NCBI GenBank assembly: GCA_965217775.1
Contig: CBDCJH010000002.1
Span: 4,064,001 to 4,128,000 of the forward strand
DNA: 64,000 nt
Source of the DNA: Acidobacteriota bacterium
GTDB lineage: Bacteria > Acidobacteriota > UBA6911 > RPQK01 > JAJDTT01
Direction of reading: 5' to 3'
Part shown: positions 45,763 to 55,382 of the stretch, one piece after another
Layout of the letters: every line of letters begins with the position of its first letter
How positions within the stretch are numbered: the first letter of the stretch is position 1
Made by a program: the position numbers and the translations under genes
Notes under the pieces: generated by a model
Seen by the model: only the letters and a program-made list of their open reading frames with translations
Database searches by the model: none
Told to the model about the DNA's origin: nothing

Positions 45763-48700
45763 ATGAGACAGATTTCCCTTTCCCGCATTCAATCCTCTGC
45801 GATTCAGCCTCAGAAAGTCGAACCCGCGAATCGGAGCAGGCTCCGCGGGATACTGATGCTCACTACACTTCTTTTGCCTCTCGCCTGCGCGACCGGCCCC
45901 GATGAGGAACAGGAAGAGTGGCGGCGGATCACCGATATCTCCAGAAATCCGGAACAGCTCCGCGAGTACCTGAAACCGATACCGGCGCTGGATCCGGCCG
46001 AATCCCTGCAGGCCATCGAGGCCGCCGAGGGCTTCCGGGTGGAGCTGGCGGCCCACGAGCCTGAGGTGGTGGAACCGTTGTCCGCCACCTTCGACGAGAA
46101 CGGGCGCATGTACGTGGCCGAGTTCTACGGCTACCCGCGCCAGCCGCGGCCCGGCGAGGCCGGCACGGGCCGGATTCGGATGTTGGAGGACCGGGACGAA
46201 GACGGCTACTACGAAACGGCCCAAGTCTTCGCCGACAAGCTGGTCTGGCCCACCGGCGTGGCGGTCTGGAAAGGGGGGCTCTTCGTCTCGGCGCCGCCGG
46301 ACCTCCTCTACTTCAAGGACACGGACGGCGACGGCCGCGCCGACGTCCGGAAGCAGATCTACACCGGGTTCGGCGTCACCAACGAGCAGCAGATGCTCAA
46401 CAACATCATGTGGGGCGTGGACCACAAGATCTACGCCTCCACCGGCGGCAACGGGGGCTACATTCGTCCCGGAGGCCAGCCCGAGGCCGAGCCCGTCTCC
46501 GTCTACAACCGGGACTTCCGCTTCAGTCCGGTGAGCTTGGAGATGGAGCTCACCAACCAGACCTTTCAGTTCGGATACAGCTTCGACGAGTGGTTCAACC
46601 GCTACGTCTGCCGGGCGGGATCCTTCGGGCGGCACGTGGTCATGCCGCACGGATACCTGGAGCGGAACCCCTACCTCTTCTTCGACCTGCACGGGTACCT
46701 GACCATGGGTTCCATGGAGGTCAACCCGCTGACCCAGGGACGGCTCGCCATCTACCGGAGCAGCCCCATCGAACGCTGGCGCAAGATTCGCGAGGCCCGG
46801 CGGATCTTCGCGGGAAGAATCGCCCGGCTCGAAGAGGGCGGCCGGGAGAACTACCAGGAGTTTGCCGCCGCTTGGGCGGGAGTGAAGGTCTACACCGGAC
46901 ACGCGTATCCGGAGGAGTACCGGGGCAATATCTTCACCGGAGCCGCCACCGCCAATCTGTTCCACCGGCGCGTCCTGGAACCCGACGGCGTCACCTTCAA
47001 GGCGGTCCGCCGCGAACCCGAAGGCAAGGAATTCCTGCGTTCCAGCCACAACTGGTTCCGCCCCATCAACTCGGTCAACGCACCCGACGGGACTCTCTAC
47101 GTGCTGGACATGTGCCGGGAACTCGTGGAACACGGCCACGTCCCGGAACGGGTTCTCGCACATCTGGATTTCTCGCGAGGCTCGGAACATGGGCGGATCT
47201 ACCGGGTGGCGCCCCTCGATTTCAAGACGCCTCCGGCACCGCGGCTGGGCGAGGCCAACATCCAGGAACTGGTGGGGCACCTGGAGCATCCCGGCGGCTG
47301 GTGGCGGGAGACGGCGCACCGGCTCATCTTCGAGCGTCAGGACAAAGCCGCGGCGCCGCTGCTGCGGCGCCTGCTGAAGGAGAGCGAGCGCCCCCTGGCC
47401 CGGATGCACGCCCTCTGGTCGCTGCACGGGTTGGGCGCTCTGAGAGACCAGGACGTGGTCCGGGCGTTGTCCGATTCCTCCCCCGGGGTCCGGGAGCACG
47501 CGGTGCCGCACGCAGAGCAGCGGATGAAGCGCTCCGGACGGCTCTTCCGGAAGATCCTGGAGCTGGCCGGGGACGAGAATCCGCGCGTGCGGCTGCGAGT
47601 CGCCCTGGCTCTGGGCGAGGTCGGAGACCGGCGGGTTCTTCCGGCTCTGGTGAAGCTTGCCCGAAGCGACGGTGGAGACCGCTGGATCCGAAACTCGGTC
47701 CTGAGCTCCAGCACCCGCCTGGCCGACCGCCTCTTCACGAAGCTGGCGGCATTGGAAGAGTTTCAGCAGGAGCCGCTGGCGGGGCAGTGGCTGCCCCCGC
47801 TGGCCCGCGTCGTCGGGGGCCGGAGCAACACCTCGGAACTCCGTCGCCTGACCCGCGCCGCGGCCACCCATGAGGCGCTGGCCTCACAGCCGGATCTGCA
47901 ACTGGCCATCGTGACCAGCCTGGCCGAGGGACTGGCCATCGAAGGCCGGACTTTCACCCGCCTCAACAACCTCCATCCGGCAGCCACCCGCATGATCCGC
48001 ACCCATTTCGAGGCCGCCCTCACGGCGGCTGCCGACACTGAACTCCCGGAGAAAAAACGCCTGGCGGCGATTCGACTGATCCGGCACGCCACTCTGGAAG
48101 AGGTCCGGGAGGCCCTGACGAATCTGATCGATCCTCAGCAGCCCCAGGCGGTGCAGCTCGCCGCCATCGCGGCTCTGGCCGGCTACGAGGAACCGGAGAT
48201 CGCCCCGCTGCTGCTGGAGTCGTGGGGTACCCAGACGCCCAACGTGCGAGGCGGTGTCCTGTCGGGAGTGCTGTCCCGGGCGGAATGGACCCGCGCCCTG
48301 CTGGACGCCATCGAGTCCGAGACGGTTCCGGTCCACCAGATCGACGCCAAACGCCGCGAGCTCCTGATGAACCACGACGACCAGGGGATCCGCGACCGGT
48401 CTCTGAAACTCTTCGAGGCCTCCACGCCCGGGGACCGGCTGGAGGTCCTGGCCAACTACCAGGCCGCGTTGACGCTGCCGGGGGACCGGGAACTCGGCGA
48501 AAAGGTCTACCGCCGCGAATGCATCAAGTGCCATCGGTTGGGCAGCACCCGGCATCTGGTCGGTCCCAATCTTATCGTGGCCGGCTACCAGGACCGGGAT
48601 ACGCTCCTGACCAGTATCCTGGATCCGAACCGGGTCGTGGAGCCCCAGTTCACCCAGTACGTGGTGACCGATCGGAAGGGCCGTCTCTACACCGGCCTCA

Positions 48701-48975
48701 TGGCTCAGGAGACGGCGGCCAGCATCACGCTGGTGGAGAGCGAGGAGTTGCAGAACACGCTGCTGAGGAAGGACATCCAGGAGATTCGAGCCACCGTGCA
48801 GTCCCTGATGCCGGAGGGACTGGAAGAGACCATCTCGGAACAGGAGATGGCGGACGTGATGACCTTCATCCTGGACTACCAGTACGATATCGGCGCAGAG
48901 GGTGGAGGATACGGTCCCGGGGAGGAGGTCTACGGAGTGCCCTTGGAAACCCGCCGTTTCACCGCGGGGCCGTGA
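45763..48975 (+). CDS. PVC-type heme-binding membrane-associated dehydrogenase-like protein (beta-propeller, HEAT repeats, cytochrome c)
   Basis: GFRVEL.A.EP.V..P, DTDGDGRAD, WFRP....APDG.LYV.DM, W.RETA.RL, CIKCH, GPNL, SLMPEGLE; lipobox-like LLPLAC; start uncertain. Confidence 0.88.
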   Translation: MRQISLSRIQSSAIQPQKVEPANRSRLRGILMLTTLLLPLACATGPDEEQEEWRRITDISRNPEQLREYLKPIPALDPAESLQAIEAAEGFRVELAAHEPEVVEPLSATFDENGRMYVAEFYGYPRQPRPGEAGTGRIRMLEDRDEDGYYETAQVFADKLVWPTGVAVWKGGLFVSAPPDLLYFKDTDGDGRADVRKQIYTGFGVTNEQQMLNNIMWGVDHKIYASTGGNGGYIRPGGQPEAEPVSVYNRDFRFSPVSLEMELTNQTFQFGYSFDEWFNRYVCRAGSFGRHVVMPHGYLERNPYLFFDLHGYLTMGSMEVNPLTQGRLAIYRSSPIERWRKIREARRIFAGRIARLEEGGRENYQEFAAAWAGVKVYTGHAYPEEYRGNIFTGAATANLFHRRVLEPDGVTFKAVRREPEGKEFLRSSHNWFRPINSVNAPDGTLYVLDMCRELVEHGHVPERVLAHLDFSRGSEHGRIYRVAPLDFKTPPAPRLGEANIQELVGHLEHPGGWWRETAHRLIFERQDKAAAPLLRRLLKESERPLARMHALWSLHGLGALRDQDVVRALSDSSPGVREHAVPHAEQRMKRSGRLFRKILELAGDENPRVRLRVALALGEVGDRRVLPALVKLARSDGGDRWIRNSVLSSSTRLADRLFTKLAALEEFQQEPLAGQWLPPLARVVGGRSNTSELRRLTRAAATHEALASQPDLQLAIVTSLAEGLAIEGRTFTRLNNLHPAATRMIRTHFEAALTAAADTELPEKKRLAAIRLIRHATLEEVREALTNLIDPQQPQAVQLAAIAALAGYEEPEIAPLLLESWGTQTPNVRGGVLSGVLSRAEWTRALLDAIESETVPVHQIDAKRRELLMNHDDQGIRDRSLKLFEASTPGDRLEVLANYQAALTLPGDRELGEKVYRRECIKCHRLGSTRHLVGPNLIVAGYQDRDTLLTSILDPNRVVEPQFTQYVVTDRKGRLYTGLMAQETAASITLVESEELQNTLLRKDIQEIRATVQSLMPEGLEETISEQEMADVMTFILDYQYDIGAEGGGYGPGEEVYGVPLETRRFTAGP

Positions 48976-48992
48976 CATTAAGACGAGCGCTG

Positions 48993-49081
48993 GGAGCGGC
49001 GGTTTTCAACCCCCGATTGGGAGCGGCGGTTTCCAACCGCCGATTCTTAGGTTCATGGGGGACAAGAATGTCCCCCCTCCC
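48993..49081 (+). repeat. GGAG-type REP cluster
   Basis: Two GGAGCGGCGGTTT.CAACC.CCGA units 27 bp apart plus a GGGGGACAAGAATGTCCCCC hairpin. Confidence 0.7.
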
Positions 49082-49169
49082 AGGGGATCCTGAACAAATT
49101 TCGCGCTACAAATTTACGGAGAGCGAGATGCGATTTCCTAAGAGGCCGACCGCCGGTCGCTGACGATTT

Positions 49170-51932
49170 ATGAAGACGATCACCACCCTCCGGATCCTGC
49201 TGCCGTTTCTCGTCACCTTGGAATTCGCTCAAGGCACCGAGTACAAGATCGTGCATGAGGGCTTCGAGAGCTTTTCCACGGGCAGCTTCGAGCACGCGGG
49301 ACAGGACATCTACGTCTCCCGCAAGGGCCGCCTCCAATTGATTCGCCGTTGGGACCTGAACAACGACGGCTACTACGACCTCCCCTTCGCCAGCACCCAC
49401 AACGTCATGGTGGGCAGCGTCGACGCGCTGGGCTACCTGCAGACGAACCGCGGTTACCGGTCGGTCCTGTCGCCCCTGCACCGGTCCCTGGCCCTGTACG
49501 ACCTGTGGCTGCAGGAGGAGAAGAGCCGTTCCAGCACCCTCCGGCTTCCGGCGGACCGCCCCAGCGCCGTCCTGTTCAGCGACGTGGACCAGGACGGCTA
49601 CCCCGACATCGTCTTCGCTTCCTCGGGGCTGGGGGACACCCCCTTCTCCGACAGCCTCATCTACTGGGGGTCTGAATTCGGCTACCGGAGCGAGTCCCGC
49701 ACGGCACTTCCCACGGCGGGCGCCCGGGACGTGACCATGGGAGACCTGAACCAGGACGGCCGGCAGGACGTGGTCTTCGCCAACCGGACAGGCCCGGGCC
49801 GGGCGAATCCGGGGTCCTACATCTACTGGGGGTCCAACGATTTCTATGGGGAACGTCATCGTAGCGCCGTGCCCACCGGGGGCGCCGTCGGCTGCCGGAT
49901 CGCCGATCTGGACGCAGACGGCCACCCTGACCTGGTCTTCGCCACCGCCGGCGAAGAGGGAGGACTCGAGATCTACTGGGGACGCGAGAAGGGGCCCGAT
50001 CCGGAGTCGCCGGCCCGGTTTCAGATCCCCGGTCTGGTATCGCTGGAGACCGCCCGGACCGGGAATCGGACCACGGTGCTGGCAGCGCTGTCGCAGAAGA
50101 AGCTGCAACTCTTCGAGTTCCAGTCCCGCCGGCCGGTCCTGCGGAAGACCGTGAACCGGGGCGGAGCGAGGGTCCGTCTGGCGGACCTGGACGGGGACGG
50201 CAGGCTGGAGGTCATCCTGGCCGGCGGGAACGCCTCGGCCGTCATCTGGGGCAAGGATGGCTCGGAAACCTCCGTACCGACACTCAACGCCAGGGACGTG
50301 GCCGTCTCCGACCTCAACCAGGACGGCTTTCCCGAACTCATCTTCGCCAACTACTCGGAGGGCACCTACGGCAACCTGGACGTCTCGTCCTATGTCTATT
50401 GGGGAAGCGTTCACGGGTACGGCGACGCGCGCCGGACCGATCTGCAGACCTTCGGCGCCGCGGCCGTGGCCGTGGGCGACCTGAACGGCGACAACCGGCA
50501 GGACCTGCTCTTCGGAAACACCGGGAGCGGGATCTCCGGAGGCAAGGACGAGTTCGTCTACGTCTACTGGGGACGGCCTCACCGCGGCTATTCTCCCGCC
50601 TTCGTCTCCCGCTACCCCTGCGTCATGGCCATGGGTGTCGCCATGGTCGATCTGGATGACGACGACCATGCGGAGTTGCTGGTGGCCAACTCGGGACGTC
50701 ACTACTCGGGCCTGCCCGGTGCCAGCTACCTCTACTGGGGGACTCCCGGCGGACCCGCGGTGGAGAAACGCAGCGAATTCGACCTCAACGAGAACGGTTC
50801 CTGGGAGATCGCCGACCTGAATCGGGACGGTTACCTGGACATCGTCGGATTCGATTTCGACACCCTTTTCCTCGCCTGGGGAGGGCCCCGGAAATTCTCG
50901 GATCCCGACCGCCAAATCCGGATTCCCGGCGTGGCCCATCTGGGCCAGAACTGCCGGCTGCTGGATATCGACCGGGACGGCTGGCTGGACATTCTGGCCG
51001 CCGACATCGGAAGTTCCTACAGCAAGATTCTGCTGGGCGGACCCGAAGGCTATTCGTCCGAACGCGTCCAACTGTTGAAGGAGCCGGGGATCGGCAACGT
51101 GGAGGTGGCGGACCTGGACGCCGACGGCTGGCTGGACCTGGTCCTGCTGCGACCGTATTCCAGGGACAACGGGGTGGACCGGGCCGACTCCTGGATCAAG
51201 ATCTACCATGGGAACGACCGCGGGCTGGAGGCCGAACCCAGGTTCGAGTTTCCCACCGTGGGGGCCATCGACGTGGTGGCGGCGGACTTGAACGGGGACG
51301 ACCGCCTCGATCTGGCGGTCTCCCAATACGAGTCCCGCAGCCACCGGAAGCTTCCGGTCCTGCTGTTCTGGAACGACGAGCAAGAGGGATACTCGGCGCG
51401 GCGCCGCACCGACCTGCCGGGCGAGTCCCCTTCGGCTCTGATGGCGGCGGACATGGACTACGACGGGCACACCGATCTGCTGGTGGTGAACCACAAGCTC
51501 TCGGTCGGCGAAGACAACCACAGCGTCGAGAGCTATCTCTACTGGGGCGCTCAGGACGGATTCTCGGTCGCGAATCGGAGCTACTTGCCGGCACCGGGAC
51601 CGCATTTTCTACAGAACGTGGACGTGGGCAACCTGGCGACCCGGAAACCCGAGGCGTCCTTCACCTCGCCGGCGCTCGATCTTTCCTCCTGGCCGAAAGA
51701 GGTCGAGCTGACTTCGCAGGGAGAGACCCCCCGAGGATCCCGGATCCGCCTTCTGGCCCGTTTTGCACCCGACCGCGGCGCCCTTGAGAACGCCGCTTGG
51801 AAAGCAGTCCCGGAATCGGGCCGGCTCTCGCGGGGGGACGGTGACTCCTGGCTCCAGTACCGGGCCACGCTGATCGCCGGCATGGGGTACGCCTCCCCCT
51901 ATCTGACCCGGGTGACGATTCGGGCCGACTAG
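49170..51932 (+). CDS. secreted FG-GAP/VCBS-repeat protein
   Basis: Signal peptide; many D.N/D.DG..D repeats and S.IYWG motifs. Confidence 0.88.
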   Translation: MKTITTLRILLPFLVTLEFAQGTEYKIVHEGFESFSTGSFEHAGQDIYVSRKGRLQLIRRWDLNNDGYYDLPFASTHNVMVGSVDALGYLQTNRGYRSVLSPLHRSLALYDLWLQEEKSRSSTLRLPADRPSAVLFSDVDQDGYPDIVFASSGLGDTPFSDSLIYWGSEFGYRSESRTALPTAGARDVTMGDLNQDGRQDVVFANRTGPGRANPGSYIYWGSNDFYGERHRSAVPTGGAVGCRIADLDADGHPDLVFATAGEEGGLEIYWGREKGPDPESPARFQIPGLVSLETARTGNRTTVLAALSQKKLQLFEFQSRRPVLRKTVNRGGARVRLADLDGDGRLEVILAGGNASAVIWGKDGSETSVPTLNARDVAVSDLNQDGFPELIFANYSEGTYGNLDVSSYVYWGSVHGYGDARRTDLQTFGAAAVAVGDLNGDNRQDLLFGNTGSGISGGKDEFVYVYWGRPHRGYSPAFVSRYPCVMAMGVAMVDLDDDDHAELLVANSGRHYSGLPGASYLYWGTPGGPAVEKRSEFDLNENGSWEIADLNRDGYLDIVGFDFDTLFLAWGGPRKFSDPDRQIRIPGVAHLGQNCRLLDIDRDGWLDILAADIGSSYSKILLGGPEGYSSERVQLLKEPGIGNVEVADLDADGWLDLVLLRPYSRDNGVDRADSWIKIYHGNDRGLEAEPRFEFPTVGAIDVVAADLNGDDRLDLAVSQYESRSHRKLPVLLFWNDEQEGYSARRRTDLPGESPSALMAADMDYDGHTDLLVVNHKLSVGEDNHSVESYLYWGAQDGFSVANRSYLPAPGPHFLQNVDVGNLATRKPEASFTSPALDLSSWPKEVELTSQGETPRGSRIRLLARFAPDRGALENAAWKAVPESGRLSRGDGDSWLQYRATLIAGMGYASPYLTRVTIRAD

Positions 51933-51952
51933 CGACTCCAGGAGAGGCAGAT

Positions 51953-53323
51953 ATGTCCGACAGTTGGCTGCCAGTCTACGTCGAGCGGGGTCCCAGAAGC
52001 CGGGAACTGTTCGAGCAGGCGAAGCGTAATACCGCCGGTGGCGTCGGTCACGACCTGCGATTTTCGTTTCCCTTCCCCCGCTATATCGATCACGCCGTGG
52101 GGTCCCGAATGTGGGACGCCGATGGAAACGCGTACATCGACTACGGCATGGGAAACGCGGCCTGTCTGCTGGGCCACTCCCCTCCCGAAGTGCTGGACGC
52201 CGTCCGGGAAGTGATCGGCAACGGACTCCACTTCGGAATGGACCATCCGGTCCAGGTCGAGTGGGCGGGTCTGATCCAGCAGTTGATTCCCTCAGCCGAG
52301 CGGGTCCGTTTCGTCAACTCCGGGACGGAAGGTTCGATGCTGGCGTTGCGAGTCGCCCGGGCCTTTACCCGGCGCACCAAGGTGCTCCGCTTCGAGGGAC
52401 ATTTCAGCGGCTGGCACGACTACGTGGGCAAGGGCGCCATGCCTCCGTTCGACAAATCCATCTCAGCCGGCATCCCACCCGCCACCCTGGACACCATCGT
52501 GGTGATTCCGGCCGACCTTGACCTGGTCGAGGAGACCTTCCGCGGCGATCCCGACATTGCCGCCGTGATGCTGGAACCGTCCGGCGCGTCGTGGGGCCGG
52601 GTCCCTCTGAGTCCCGATTTCAACCGCGAGCTGCGCCGCCTGACCGCGGATCATGGGGTGCTGTTGATCTACGACGAAGTCATCACCGGCTTTCGGTACA
52701 GTCCGGGCGGCTACCAGGAACTCGTGGGAATCACACCCGACATGAGCGTTCTGGGAAAGATCATGGCCGGTGGACTCCCCGGCGGAGCCCTCGTGGGCCG
52801 CGCCGACATCATGAGCCTGTTCGATTTCACGGGAGATCCCCGGCACGATCGGCACGAGAGGATCCAGCATCTGGGCACCTTCAACGCCAACCCCCTTTCG
52901 GCGGCAGCCGGGATCGCCACCCTGAAACAGGTCGCGACCGGCCGGCCCCAGGCCCGGGCCGACCGCATGGCCGCACTGCTTCGCGAAGGCATGGAGGAGA
53001 TTCTGGAAAGGGAGCGGGTGGCCGGTTACGCCTACGGAGACTCTTCCGGCTTCCATGTCTACCTGGAAGCTCACCCCGGTTCCAGCGCCACGGATCGCGC
53101 TGCAGTTCGAACCACCGACGCCACCCGCCTGAAGGGGATACCCGGAAGGGTCATCACCGCCTTCCAAAAAAACTTTCAAATCAGAGGTGTCGAGGTGCTC
53201 TCCTTCATGGCAGGCGTGACCTCCGCCGCCCATTCGAAGGAAGACATCGGGGAGACCCTCAACGTCTTTCAGGACACCATCCGGACGCTGCTCCGCGACC
53301 AGATCATCGCCCAACTGGCCTGA
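51953..53323 (+). CDS. class III aminotransferase (glutamate-1-semialdehyde aminomutase-like)
   Basis: WDADGN.YIDY, FVNSGTE, DEVITGFR, GKIMAGGLP PLP-lysine, GTFNANP. Confidence 0.9.
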   Translation: MSDSWLPVYVERGPRSRELFEQAKRNTAGGVGHDLRFSFPFPRYIDHAVGSRMWDADGNAYIDYGMGNAACLLGHSPPEVLDAVREVIGNGLHFGMDHPVQVEWAGLIQQLIPSAERVRFVNSGTEGSMLALRVARAFTRRTKVLRFEGHFSGWHDYVGKGAMPPFDKSISAGIPPATLDTIVVIPADLDLVEETFRGDPDIAAVMLEPSGASWGRVPLSPDFNRELRRLTADHGVLLIYDEVITGFRYSPGGYQELVGITPDMSVLGKIMAGGLPGGALVGRADIMSLFDFTGDPRHDRHERIQHLGTFNANPLSAAAGIATLKQVATGRPQARADRMAALLREGMEEILERERVAGYAYGDSSGFHVYLEAHPGSSATDRAAVRTTDATRLKGIPGRVITAFQKNFQIRGVEVLSFMAGVTSAAHSKEDIGETLNVFQDTIRTLLRDQIIAQLA

Positions 53324-53362
53324 CAAGAAGTTGCCATTGGAGCGCGACGTGGAGCGGCGACT

Positions 53363-53422
53363 TGGAGCGGCGGTATCCTTGCCGCCGATTGGGGGGTCAA
53401 GGGGGGCGACAGCCCCCCTCCG
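53363..53422 (+). repeat. REP-like hairpins / possible terminator
   Basis: GGAGCGGCGGTATCCTTGCCGCCGA and GGGGGGCGACAGCCCCCC after the aminotransferase stop. Confidence 0.5.
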
Positions 53423-53581
53423 CGCTTCCTTCACGCGATCCATGTTTCCGCACGAATAAAGGAACCATCGTCAGCTTCAAATATGCTGGGAAGAAGGAGG
53501 CAAAAAATGACCCACCCTAGCAAGCACCAGAGGCCGGACCCTCGAGATTCGGTGTTTCCCGCTATAGCCGGCCAGCGACGA

Positions 53582-55372
53582 ATGAAACCGGGCTCAGCCG
53601 CCCTGTTCCTGGCGGCCATCCTGACCGGACCGGTCTCCGCCCAACGCATCCTCCCCCTTCCGGGAGACAACCTGCTGTCGGGCAAGGAGGCAACTTTCTC
53701 CGTTCCACCGAACTGCAGCCACTGCGGCACCGCCGACAAATCCGACCTGACCGACGGAAAACTCTGGCAATCGCACAGCGGGACGAACTTCTGGGACCAC
53801 GAGGGATCCGTCGGATGGGACCTCGGCTCCCTACCCGGAGTGATGATCGAGTTCGACCTGGGAACGGTTCAACCGATCGAAACCCTGGGACTCCACACCG
53901 CGTCGGGAAACCCGGACGTCAAAATCCCAACCGCCCTACTGGCCTACGTGTCGGACGACGGCGAGACCTGGCGCTACGTCACCGACCTGATCAACGAAAT
54001 CGTCCCTGAAGGAGCTTCCGTTCGCCGCCGTTTCGTGTCGGGAGACTACTGGACCGGAGGCCTGCGAGTCGGCGGACGATATCTGGCCTTCTACGCCGTC
54101 AATGGCGGCGGCCGCACCTTCATCGACGAGATCGAAGCCCTCCGGGGCAGCCGAGACCCCGCGGAAGCGATCTTCGACTCCGCCGTCATCGCCAAGGACC
54201 AGCTCGAAGCCGACGCCCTGAGCCGGGCCAGTGGTGCAACATCCCAGGCGGGTTCATTCCGTCACATGAGCACCTGGATCCGGAAGAGCTACTCCGACGC
54301 GATTCTGCAGACGAAGCCGGCTCAAGAGCGAAGAATGGACAACCTGGAACGGTACGTGGCCATCGACAACAAGGGCAACTGGCCCAACCTGACGCTCATG
54401 CCGGACGGTTCCATCGTGGCGACGGTCTTCGGCGAACCCGCCCACGGCTTGTGGGAAGGCAGCACCGAGTGCTGGATCAGCCGGGACGGCGGCAAGACCT
54501 GGTCCTTTTTGAGCGTGGCGGCGCCCCACGCACCCGGGACCAACCACATGATCTACGGAGCCGGCCTGACTCACGGCGGCGCCCTGGTCGTCCTGGCCGG
54601 CGGCTGGGGCAACGTCCCGTCCCGAGGGGGCGAACCGCCCGTTCCCAACAAGAAGAGATTCCTTCTGACGCCCAGAATCTGCCGTTCCGAGGACGGCGGC
54701 AGGACCTGGACCCGCACGGAGATGAAGGTGCCGGCTCAAACGGAGGACCCGATTCCCTACGGCGATATCGTCATGCTTCCGCGCGGGCGACTCGCCATCG
54801 CGTTTTATTCCCACGGTCCCGGCGATCTCGCCAGGAATACGGCCTGGATCTTCTTCAGCGACGATGACGGACGGACCTGGGGCAACCCTCGCCTGATCGC
54901 CGCGGACAGCTACAACGAAACGGCACTGTTGCCTCTGGACGGAGCGAAGATGCTCGCCGCCAGCCGCACCATCCGATGGGGCGGGATGAAGGATGAGCAT
55001 CTGGAGCTGTTCGCCTCCGGCGACGGCGGGCAGACCTGGAAGGGACGCGGACCCGTTTCCTTGCCGAAGGAGATTCCGGCGGACCTGTTGAGACTGCGGG
55101 ACGGCTCGATCCTTCTCTCCTACGGCTCGCGCCTTCGGGGCGCCCTCGGGGTCCATGCGCGCATCAGCCGGGACGGCGGACTCACCTGGGACGCTCCCCG
55201 GATCCTCTTCAAGACAGCCGCTCACGTCTCCAGCAGCGGAGCCGGCGGAGTCGACGGCGGGTACCCGTCAAGCATCCAACTGGAAGACGGCTCCATCCTC
55301 ACCGCCTACTACTGTTCCCGCCTCCCCTGGCACCAGCGGTATCACATGGGCGTGGTCTTCTGGCAGGACTGA
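53582..55372 (+). CDS. discoidin-like N-terminus fused to a BNR/Asp-box sialidase-family domain
   Basis: Signal peptide, DLTDG/IEFDLG/FIDEIE; five S.DGG.TW Asp boxes and GYPS; possible internal start ATG 54335. Confidence 0.75.
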   Translation: MKPGSAALFLAAILTGPVSAQRILPLPGDNLLSGKEATFSVPPNCSHCGTADKSDLTDGKLWQSHSGTNFWDHEGSVGWDLGSLPGVMIEFDLGTVQPIETLGLHTASGNPDVKIPTALLAYVSDDGETWRYVTDLINEIVPEGASVRRRFVSGDYWTGGLRVGGRYLAFYAVNGGGRTFIDEIEALRGSRDPAEAIFDSAVIAKDQLEADALSRASGATSQAGSFRHMSTWIRKSYSDAILQTKPAQERRMDNLERYVAIDNKGNWPNLTLMPDGSIVATVFGEPAHGLWEGSTECWISRDGGKTWSFLSVAAPHAPGTNHMIYGAGLTHGGALVVLAGGWGNVPSRGGEPPVPNKKRFLLTPRICRSEDGGRTWTRTEMKVPAQTEDPIPYGDIVMLPRGRLAIAFYSHGPGDLARNTAWIFFSDDDGRTWGNPRLIAADSYNETALLPLDGAKMLAASRTIRWGGMKDEHLELFASGDGGQTWKGRGPVSLPKEIPADLLRLRDGSILLSYGSRLRGALGVHARISRDGGLTWDAPRILFKTAAHVSSSGAGGVDGGYPSSIQLEDGSILTAYYCSRLPWHQRYHMGVVFWQD

Positions 55373-55382
55373 AGGTCTACTG

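Noticed and set aside
45502-51605. 789-aa and 850-aa minus-strand ORFs
   Set aside because: Antisense shadows of the heme-binding and FG-GAP genes.
51953-53323. Calling the aminotransferase hemL
   Set aside because: Family motifs fit, but the context is catabolic and it is divergent; probably a paralog.
55155-55382. Start of a 616-aa intact sulfatase
   Set aside because: It overlaps the sialidase in another frame and lacks the catalytic CxPxR motif.
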